From NCBI GenBank assembly GCA_050084985.1, contig JBITNC010000001.1, positions 90,768,001 to 90,832,000 of the forward strand: a stretch of DNA of 64,000 nt. The letters run 5' to 3'. This document shows positions 53,753 through 64,000 of the stretch, piece by piece (positions within the stretch are counted from its first letter, which is position 1; each line of letters opens with the position of its first letter). A model generated the notes under the pieces. That model did not search any database. It worked only from the letters and a program-made list of their open reading frames with translations, and was not told the origin of the DNA. The translations under genes were made by a program, and so were the position numbers. The stretch comes from Nageia nagi (lineage: Eukaryota > Plantae > Pinophyta).

Positions 53753-56631
53753 ATGTTGATTAACTTGAGAAGTTTACAATTTCAACACTATATATCTTTA
53801 GAAGATAATCGTAAGTACAATAGATGCTTATGTATTTAAGACCTTAATTATCTTTATAAAAAACTTAATTTAGCTTCAAATTAACTGAAATAGATGCCTT
53901 GGATCTCAACCTCAGTAAGCTAATTGAATATGATGCATGCATATGATAAAACCAAGCAAATTCCAGTAAAAAATGTCACTATCTTCCGTACTATATGAAT
54001 GGGAAGAGAATGATGCAGAGAACATCACTATCCAAGAAGTTGATTTTTTTATCCTAACGTATATAAAAATATATGTTTAATGACTAATATTCAAAATTCA
54101 CTTCTTGCATGCCCCCACCCTAACCCGTCCACTAGCCTTAGATTTATGCTTGAAAAAGGCTAGGTGAACCAATCCTTTACCTTAGACATGCAAGTAAATG
54201 TCCATGGTTGATTTCACTACAAAATCATAACTTTAGGAATATATTTCATGGTGATTTGATTGAATTTTATCATTAAATTGAAACCCATTTTAGATGAAAG
54301 AGTGACAAATTCAAATATGCATTTTTTAAAAAAGTGGAGTACATTATATATTTTTCTATTAATGGTTTGTGAAACTGGTCCGTATACTTGAAATATGAGG
54401 GTCTCGTATTTTCTTAATAAATTATTTTTCTAGAGTTATGAAAACAAAATTATACAAGGACAAGCTTCATAAAATTCTCTATAAGAATAAAAAAATTGAA
54501 AAAAGATTTAAGTTTAAACCAAATTATACGGGATAGACACGAGCACATTTTGAAACCATAAACATGCCCAATACAAAATTAATAAAACAAATTTTGATGA
54601 AAAAATATTCAAGATAAGCTTCAATATCTTAGGTATCTTTGCCTAAAAGTATTTTAAAAAATATATTGATTTTAGTCAAATTATATGGGATAGATACATA
54701 TAATATGGTCCAAAAATGGTTTTTTTTTAAAAGTGGTTTTTGTCCATCCCATTGAATTTTAAATTATATGATCTAGGTATTGGAATAAATTATATATTTG
54801 AAAATTAGACTCTTAGCACTACATTTTCATTTGAGTGACCTTTTTCATGATTCCATGTCTAAGTACTTCAAATTTTAAGATCAATTATACCCAAACTTGA
54901 AAATAAAGGAAAATACTTCCACTTTTTGGCCTTAAAGTGGATCCAAATTCTTACACGCACCCTATACATCGGCTACACTATCCAATAATGTGTCTTGACA
55001 CCACAAATTTGAGAATTTATTATTCTCTAAGCTTTATATTACATCTTATCTTTGCTACATGATTTCATACTGCAAATCTCAAGACGTCCACTGAGTAAGG
55101 AGACCATTGAAATGATGACCAAACTATGCATCTTTGTGATCCAAAGATGCAAATTTTGGAGGATATAAAGCATTTATCTAGGTCATTCAAATATCATTGT
55201 GACTTCATCCCAAATCTGATCTAATCCTCTGCATGATCATGTCAAATCTTGAGGATTACTTGCTTGTCATATCAAGTGCACACTTGCTTGGTATTATTCG
55301 GATAGCCTTGATAGGTAATTTGTACCATATATTATAGATTAATATTTATTTTATTTATTATAGTAAATCATAATTTAAAGTCTACAAGATAAGGCTGCAA
55401 AAAGTAAAGGCATGCATCAACTAGCATTGCATTAGAGATGGCTTGTAAACCAAGATAATCATGAACATGAATTTAGTAGCTCAAGGAATTGAAAGTCAAT
55501 TTGCTTAGAGGACAACAATCCCATTTGAGGAGGTGAATAAATTTATAGAGAAGTTAGACCTTGCAATTAATGAGGGATCTCCTAGAGATCCCTATACAAC
55601 CAATGATATGGTACCTTAAAAAGCATAAGAAATATGCATTTAAATGGTGATTTTGAGCATGCTATAGGGGGTTGTATATTTTACTAGCTTATTTTTGCAT
55701 GTAGCCTTCATAGTTAAAAGTTTCTTCCACTCTATCTATTTGCAGATGCTGAACCTTTTTTTTTTCTTATCAAGGTGCAGGCTTTGAGACTTGCTAATAT
55801 TTTATATAGTATGCAATAGAATTTTTAGTATCAATGTAAGAATTGTGACTATTTCTATCTCGTGAAAGTTGTGGTTACCTCAATCTTAACTATTACTTGG
55901 TTTTGTGAATGTGTTTCTTTTATAATATACATATAAAAAGGTTTTTCTCATTTGATATCAACTTATTGGCTTCTCTCATGCTCATTCCTATTTAGCAAAT
56001 CAATATATAAATATTTTCTATGTACATCATCCCATTAAATTAAATTTTCTTTACACAATCCTTCTCATCCTTTTCCCACCAAAGCAGTTAAAATAGGACT
56101 TCTTTTCAAGTAAAAGAAATTATCCTTTTTAAAATCATTGAAATTATGTTGTAAAGCGCACTCTTGTTCCAAATCCAAAGGTTTTTTGTTATTTTTTATT
56201 TAAGGCACATTAAAAGGCTTGTTTAAGCTCATTTGGATAGCTAACATAATCATAAGAATAATAATATCAATAGACGCAAAAAGAACATTTAACAATATCG
56301 TATTATAGTTTGATCAAAACTATATTACACTTTTCTCTTTATGGATTGATAATAAATAAATGTGCACATACTTCTTCTTATCATTGTTCCCTCTATTACA
56401 TTTGTCTAACTCACTTAAGTAGATTAAGGCAAAAATTCATAGTCATAATGGTATTCCAAAATTATCATCCCATATTTAGATCCATTGAGATGACCAATAT
56501 ACATTTGATAAGTCAAAGATAGTTTTCAAACAATGAGTAAATATCTTATATATATTATATATCTTTTCAGCTAAGACATTTTTTACAACATTGGCATAAG
56601 TTTGTTGCAATCAATTTGCAACAAGTAAACT

Positions 56632-56733
<102 letters not shown>

Positions 56734-59700
56734 TTTATATAGGAACCCAAAATAGTTTTTCACAAAAATTCTCTATATCTTGTTTTAGTAGTCCAATGTA
56801 AGGAACAAAGATGCATACATAATATACTATATTCATACATATTACAAAAATTAGTCATTCATTATTTGGTACAATCTTACATAATATTGAAATTAATTTT
56901 ACATACTAACAATTACAATTTTTTTTTTAAATGTTATTTTTAATTTGTTAAGTATGATTTTATATACAGAGAAATTTTAGATCATGAAAGAACTGAATTT
57001 ATCACTAGTATTCTACAATGAAATAACTGACACAAATACAGAGTTCATTTATCACTTATGTATCCATTAAACAATAATTGTTTGATTAAAACTGATCTAA
57101 AAATAAATGGTTGAAATTAATCCACATTAATTATTATTTCATGTTTAATTGTTATTATAATATTTTATAAATAATGTTTTTATGTAATATTTTATTGTAT
57201 TTATATAATTAAAATTGCTGTAGATTATATGCATCTCAGCATTAATAAGCATTAAAATTCAAATAGAGACTGCTGAGACTTTGATCAGGCGCCAGCACCG
57301 CCATTTTAAATCAAGCTGGTCCACCACGGCTGCCGAAAGATAAATTCAACAGTAGTTATATAGTGGACATATAATCATGGTGCACCATTGAGGAGATATT
57401 CCCATCTTAGTCCATCATCAATATCATTATGAACATGGTTGTAATTTCCTCCTTTCACACGCTTGTCAATTCCTACTCGGCTACGGGTATCATTAACGTC
57501 CCCACATGCCTCTGTTTAGGCTCCTGTAGACCATTAAATGGATATATTCCATTCTTGTACTCATATTCGGGAGTTTGTTTGGATCCTGATCCCCACCACT
57601 CAACAGATCAGTGAAGTCTCAAAATAATACAAAATACGAAAGACAGGTACTATTTTCATGGCAAGAGGTACCTGATAATTTGATAAAATTGCTTTCGCTG
57701 TTGAGTTTTCTAAAAAAAAAAAAATCTCAATCAATCAATGCCTACGAAGTGGGGATGTGCGCCCCACTTTAGGATTTCGTTTGTCGTCTTTTGACAAGGA
57801 TTATAAACTTTATAGAAAAGCCAAATGGATTAGGGCAGATCTGAAAGGATAGAAATTCTAATTCTAGGCCCCAACAATTGAGTCAGTTTAGGCCTGTCCA
57901 TCCCGATTCCCAATTTTAAACCGTATAGCGTCCTTCCCGTCCTTCGCAGCACAATGCTTTGCTGGAGCGACAAGACTACGGAAAAGATGCATTTTCTACA
58001 TCTACGTAGGTAGGGCAAAACAGACAATTCATACATGGACTGGGATGTGAGGCTCTGCTGCATTTTTAAAAAGTAACCTCGGCTGCTAAGCACAATATTT
58101 TCAAAACACTTTAGTGTGATGATCATTTAAGGTTGGGTTTACAATCATTATAATGAAGAAGGAGGCATTGGTAAAGTGGGTAGTGTTTTTCTTTAAAGTG
58201 GAGATAGACTTTAAAATTTAACATTATTATTAGGTTTAATAATTTTCTACTATTTCATATGAGTAATTAGTATGAGATTTAAGTATCTTTTTATGGTTAT
58301 TCAAAATTTATTAGTTAAGAAGGTGTATTGGTAAAGTTGGTGGTTTTTAAAGGGGAGATTATTAAGAATGATTTGCTCATTGAGGTTAATTGGGAAAGTG
58401 AGTTGTTTTCATAGGAGAAACCAAATTTAAATATGTTGTTTAAGTACATATCTTTCAAATAAGAAAGATTTGTTCATTGATGCACATTGGTAAAGAGGAT
58501 TGTTTTTATAATAGTGACCACACTTATACTTCAAGGTTCAAAGCTGGTTGTTTTCATAGGGAAGACTAGGTTTAATCATAGAGTTTACATACCTTTCTTC
58601 CAAATAAAAAGGATTGATAAAGTGGTTTGCTTTCATTAAAGAGATTAGATTTAACATGGTTTTATGCAAGCACTAACAAATATAAATAACGATACTTTTG
58701 AAATAAAAGAGATAAGAATGAATAAAAATCTTAACATTCCAACAAAAAAAAAAAGATAAAACAATAATATTAAATTGTTACAAAATATTAAAAAAAATTA
58801 TTTATACTAATCATTTACTTTAATATTTTGTGAACAATAAAAAAAATATAAAGAATAAAAAATATTTATAAATATAAAAGATTACATTGATGTGGATTGA
58901 TAAAGTGGATTACTTTCATAGAATAGATTATTAAGAAGGATTTGCTCATTGAGGTGGATTGGTAAAATGATTATTTTCATAAGAGAGACACAATTTAAAC
59001 ACCAAACTTTTGTACAAGTTAGAAGACTTAAAAAAAATAAAATATTAAAATAAAAGAGATAAGAGCCAATGAGATAAGACATCCAATTTAAGTATGGAGA
59101 CCTATATTCAATTAGTTATAGTGGAAGTGAGATTAAAAAGAAAAATAAAAAATGAATAAAGACTTAACCTTTCAACTAAGAATAATATATATATGAATTG
59201 ATAGATAGGGGAGTTGGAGAGGTGGTTAGTTCAAAGTTCTCGGATATAGGAGGTTCAAAACTATATGTCCCTAAAAGTTGAAACATACATAAAATCCTAT
59301 CGAGTTGATGGTAGGTGCGGATGAGGAGAGGATCATACCCCCTATGGATTTTGATAGCATGGATGCCCCTTAGTCATGGCAAGAGTTCATGCTGGGACAA
59401 ACTCCAACAACAAAAATAGATATACAAAATCAAGAGATTGTTAAAAAAATTAAAATTTATTTCTAATTATTATTTACTTTAATATTTTATAAATAATTTA
59501 AAAAATTAAAGAATAATATTTATAAATATAAATATTTTTGATTTGTAAATTAATGAATTATATGTATAATAGAAGATTTGTTCACGAACTTCTCAAATTT
59601 ATTAAGGAACATCTAAAATTTTAAAATTATGATCATCTAATTTGTACAAATTGAATACATTATTATCTTTTGAATTAATTGATTAAAAAAAATTATAAAT

Positions 59701-59957
59701 ATTTAATATATTGAAAAGAAAAAATTAATCTAGTAAAATGGATTGTTTTCATACCAAAAACTCAAATTTCAAATTCAATATTCTCTCATAATTCAATAAG
59801 TAAAATGAATTATTTTAATTAAAAAAAAAAAATTCAAGTTCAAACTCAACATTCTCTTTTAATCCAATGGTTCCACTTTTCTAATATAGCCTCGACAATG
59901 ATATTTAAAAGGAGTTGTTTCAATAAAAAAGACCCATTTTCAAACTCAACATTATTT

Positions 59958-60201
59958 GATGAGTTAATAATTCCACTTTAACTTTGTAGACTTGACTCTA
60001 ATAATAATATTTAGGATATTAAAATTTAAAAAGTAAATAAAAGCATAAAACTTTAAAAGAAAATAAATCATAAAGTATCTGATGAGTCAATAATTCCACT
60101 TTAACTTTGTGAACTTGACTCTAATAATAATATTTAGGATATTAACATTTAAAAAGTAAATAAAAGCATAAAACCTTAAAAGAAAATAAATCATAAAGTA
60201 T
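59958..60201. repeat. ~122-bp tandem duplication upstream of the ARF gene
   Basis: TGATGAGT(T/C)AATAATTCCACTTTAACTTTGT...AAATCATAAAGTAT occurs twice, nearly identical. Confidence 0.92.
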
Positions 60202-60568
60202 ACTTGTATCTAATCCTACAACATGCATCTACATGTACTTTCCACTCCGGTTAATAATTCTCTAATTTCATAGCCCAATCACATGCCAAAGCTTAAACCC
60301 TAATAAGTAATAACTATCATTGCTCTCTATTCACGCGACTGTATATGCTCGTCTTTGTTTAGGAATACAGCATGAAAAATCTGTGAAAACATTTCGTATG
60401 AATCACTCTAAATGGAGTCCTTTTAATTCATTTGGTGCGGATGGATTCTACGGCTGAATTCAAAGGCAGCCAAAATTTCTGATCAAAAAAGTAGAAGACA
60501 AAATGTCTTTAGCAAGGTAACAAAGCCGGCAAACTAGACGGTGGGTTGGAGGATCTGAGTGTTTTTCA

Positions 60569-60640
60569 TTATTTCGAGGTCCTACTAGTTTGCTCGTGAT
60601 TTGACCGCTTCCATCCTATTTCGAGGTCCTACTAGTTTGT
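60569..60640 (+). repeat. Duplicated 23-mer TATTTCGAGGTCCTACTAGTTTG in the ARF promoter/5' leader region
   Basis: Exact copies at ~60569 and ~60617. Confidence 0.85.
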
Positions 60641-60801
60641 TCTTTCTTAAAGTAGACCTCGTAAAAACATAGGTTCAATTCGAGCTTTGTTGCACTGTTA
60701 GTGCACCGATCTCATACAGTTGAGGGCATAATCCAATATAAGCTCACGGGCTGTAAGAAATCAAAATGTTTTTGATAAAATAGCTTTTAGAAGATTTGGT
60801 C

Positions 60802-61668
60802 ATGGGGAACTCAGCTCGTAAGTCGATCAGAAATTGCCTATCTTGTGGAACAAAGGAGGTTCGGATCCTGATGCTTGGGTTAGATGGAGCAGGTACATTG
60901 AATCCATTCTGTTTTATTGCCATTTTTGTACTGAAAAAAGAAAATCGATGGGCTTTAATTTTCATAGATTTGTATTTGATTGCGGATCAGTTTCCATGAG
61001 CAGGTAAGACGACGATTTTATACAAGCTCAAGCTTGGTGACTATGTGAGGACGGTGCCCACTATCGGTTTCAATATCGAGACGGTCAAGTACAGAAATCT
61101 GAGATTCACAGTATGGGATATCGGTGGCCAGGACAAGATCCGCCATCTTTGGAAGCAATACATGACCAATGCCCAGGTAAGTAAAATAGAATTTTTATGT
61201 CTGGTTTGATGGTGGAATGATCGATTGATTCCATGTTCAATTCGTCTCCACCTCGATACATACATTGCTTTCGACACATATTACTAGTAAAAAAGCACAT
61301 CCCATAGATCTATATTTTAACCTTTTGCTAGAAAAAAATATTTCTTGTTAGAATGTTGTAATGAAAGCGTGATGTACTTTTGGTAGGGGCTTATATTTGT
61401 GATAGATAGTTGTGATAAAGAGCGGCTGAAGAAGGCGAAACAGGAATTGGATAGTCTGATCAATGACTCGGAACTGAGCAGCGTAAAATTGTTGGTTTTG
61501 GCTAACAAGATCGATCTGGGCGATGCCATGAAGGCCACAGAGATGACTCAGAGATTGGGTTTCAATAGCCTTGGTGCTTCGAGAAAATGGCATGTACAGA
61601 GCTGCAGTGGCAAAACCGGCGAAGGTCTTCACGACGGTCTAGATTGGCTTGCCTCTGCGATAAAGTAA
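60802..61668 (+). CDS. ADP-ribosylation factor (ARF/ARL)-family small GTPase; exons 60802-60892, 61004-61176, 61387-61668 (181 aa if no further splicing)
   Basis: Spliced frame is open: MG myristoylation start, [77 protein letters not shown] introns in consistent phase; CpG-rich. Confidence 0.95.
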
Positions 61669-61756
61669 TTTTCCTCTTTCTTTCTACGTCTAAGATTTGA
61701 TGCTTTGTGTTGCGATTATATTGATTCGTTGCAATTTTTTTTTTTTTTTTTTACAG

Positions 61757-61836
61757 AGAACCAAATATTTTGGAGAGAGTGGGAAGCTTCAGGGTGAGCA
61801 GATCGCAGTCCCGTTCTGGGAGGGCATCACCGAAAG
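61757..61836 (+). CDS. Putative additional in-frame ARF exon encoding a Ser/Arg-rich tail
   Basis: Donor AA|GTAATT at 61665 overlaps the stop; long T tract plus ACAG acceptor at 61756; reads in frame as EPNILERVGSFRVSRSQSRSGRASPK; ends at AAG|GTACAT. Confidence 0.6.
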
Positions 61837-63375
61837 GTACATTCAGCCTGCCTTCGAATTTAGATAGATTGGTCTATCGTGAGGCAAAAGTTGCGTAGAT
61901 TCGTTTCATGTTGGCTGTATGCAAGTCATTATGAACGAAATCCATGGACGGTTTGTTAAAAAATGCCAATTTCGCTCTCCTGATTGTGCTCGTATGGTTT
62001 CGGATCTGGATCCTGAAGGAGAGAACTTAGTTAATTTCTTAATTTTATAATAAATCATATATTCCTCGGTATTACAGAATGTGATACAGTGAATATAATC
62101 TTATAAAACTAAAAGAAGGATAGTTTACATGTTTAATTTTGTATAATGCAGGGGAATTTTATGTGAGAATGAATGTAAATTATTTTGAAAAATTGCTTAT
62201 TTGATATTGATAGTAATTTATTTTTGGTTGCAGATGATGCTGCACATATTTTTAGTTGTAAACGACCGAAGAAGAATTTATTTGGAGTTAGAAAAATCAA
62301 ACACAAATAATTCTTAGATTTACATGTAAACTAGGAAATTATTCAATAATATATGATTTTTTCATATATTTGATTTCGCAATAATTTAGTATCAGATTGT
62401 TGTTTGATAGTGAAATTAAACATGATTGTTTTTTTTTTTTTCTTATTTTCTTATAAGGAATATGCAAACAGAAGTATATATTGGTAGACACGTACACTTG
62501 GATTTTGAAATCAAACTTAATATTTGAAACGTATTTTCATTTAAAATATGTGCTTTATTTATATACAAATAATATTAAAATTATAGAAATAGAAGGGATA
62601 ATTTTTGCACCATACCTCATCATTAGGAGAATAAAATTAAATAATAGAAAGAAAACTTTTCAAAAAGATAACAAATTTCGATAACTTCAATTAAAACTTT
62701 TATTATGAAGAGTTACTTGATATTTTCCATTTTTACATTGTGTTTCCTTATGATATGTTGGATTTTCATATAAGAGAAAAGATTAATCATTTTATTGATA
62801 CATTTGATATCATTATTATTTAATAAGATTGTGCTAGAGTTATAAGATTTCAAAGAGTGATCCTATTATTTGCTATTTTATATACCTTCACTTTGTCTTT
62901 CCGTATGATGTGCTAGAATTCCATCTAAGAGAAAAGATTTACCATTTTGTTGATATATTTTGGAAAATAAGCAATATTGACATATTTCAATTGAACATTT
63001 GTGATAATTATTTAAGAATCTCAAAAAACCTCCATATCATTCAATCCTTTGATTTTCGCTAAAGAAATCCTAAGTTTTAAGGCTTAGATTTTTACATGAT
63101 TATTTATAGTAATGTACCTAAGATCAACCACACTTCTCGAATAAAGATTTTTATTGAAAAGAATAATTGATTCTCCACTAACAAGTCATGATTTTCTCTT
63201 TGAGACTTTCAAACAAAAGATTGTACCTAATGATGAGAAAAGGAATATCCTTTAGATTTTTGTTAAAGGACTTGATGTTATTTGGTTTTGACCCATTTGA
63301 AAAATAGCTTGATCCCTAAAATTAAGAGCATTTTGAGACTTGTAGATCCTCTAAAATAATTACCAAATAATATGG

Positions 63376-64000
63376 AGTTTGGTAGGAGCATGCTAGTTAA
63401 TTTCTTTTACCATCCCTTAAATATATAAATGGATATCTATAATTACTTGAAAGAGATACAACAAATAATTTAGAGAGCCCAGAATCACTCCAAAAAGATT
63501 ACCATATTTCTCTATCATACACATAATGTATGAAATGATTATTTACTTTATTCAACCACCTTACAAAGTATATAATAATTTGGACCCACAACGCCTCTTT
63601 TCCTTAGGTTATCAAAAGTGAGTTGTTAGTTTTCCACCATTATTTAAAAGAGGATATATTTCCATATAGAGTTTGGAAGGATCATGTTAGTTAATTTCTT
63701 TTACCATCCCTTAAATAGATAAATGGATATCCATCATTACTTGAAAGAGGCATGAGAAACGATTTAGAGAGGGAAACCACTAAAGAAAGATTACCATATT
63801 TCTCTATCACATACATAATGTATGAAAAGATTATCTACTTTCTTCAAGTGCCTGACAAAGTATATAATAATTTAGATCCATAATGCCACTTTTCCTTAGG
63901 TTATCAAAAGTGAGTTGCTAGTTTTCCACCATTGTTTAAAAGAGGATATATTTCAATATGTAGTTTGGTAGGAGCATGCTAGTTAATTTTTTTTACCATC
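63376..64000. repeat. Tandem repeat with ~293-bp unit, continuing beyond the window
   Basis: AGTTTGG(T/A)AGGA(G/T)CATG(C/T)TAGTTAATTT.TTTTACCATC recurs at ~63377, ~63670 and ~63962. Confidence 0.92.

Larger units (their letters stand above)
44295..54962. mobile_element. 10.7-kb TIR DNA transposon, Sola2-like, inserted in the 3' LTR of the 35583-55386 element
   Basis: Splits the LTR exactly (intact 5' LTR reads GTTTTC-CACA-CATTGACTAC). TSD TATA (44291-44294 and 54963-54966). ~32-bp imperfect TIR AGGTGGAAGCAAGAAGTTAGGTCCACTTAAAG / GGGTGCGTGTAAGAATTTGGATCCACTTTAAG. Subterminal ATCAAGATCTTGAT-type palindromes at ~44365-44500. Confidence 0.88.
35583..55386 (+). mobile_element. Apparently non-coding LTR element (LARD-like); 5' LTR 35583-~36321, 3' LTR 43962-44294 plus 54967-55386; hosts two nested elements
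   Basis: TSD AGATA (35578-35582 and 55387-55391); TGTAGA...TCTACA termini; PPT AAAGAGGGGCTAA at 43949-43961. About 2.4 kb of own interior with no recognisable gag/pol. Confidence 0.88.

Noticed and set aside
57747-57775. Helitron 3' hairpin
   Set aside because: No CTRR terminus at the expected distance on either strand
60744-61632. Minus-strand ORFs over the ARF gene
   Set aside because: Antisense shadows of the ARF exons, with no recognisable motifs

Overview
AT-rich, CpG-depleted nuclear DNA from a large-genome land plant (a conifer/gymnosperm is inferred from the PPR fragment style and TE landscape, not proven). About the first 55 kb is a nested graveyard of decayed transposons. It holds a plant-mobile-domain remnant, two CACTA-like elements carrying PPR gene fragments, a Gypsy pol remnant, two Copia elements, a gag-only LTR element with an intact TSD, a Gypsy element hosting a CACTA and a LINE, and an apparently non-coding LTR element hosting a Copia and a 10.7-kb TIR element. 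The TIR element (44295-54962; TATA TSD; GGG...CCC-type termini) encodes a decayed Sola2-like transposase, a second convergent intron-containing ORF and an intronic telomere-like array; a 1-kb relative lies at 14551-15593. The only intact host gene is a divergent ARF-family GTPase (60802-61668), which may have a spliced Ser/Arg-rich C-terminal extension. A ~293-bp tandem repeat runs off the right end. All alignments and translations were done by eye; family assignments need HMM/BLAST confirmation.
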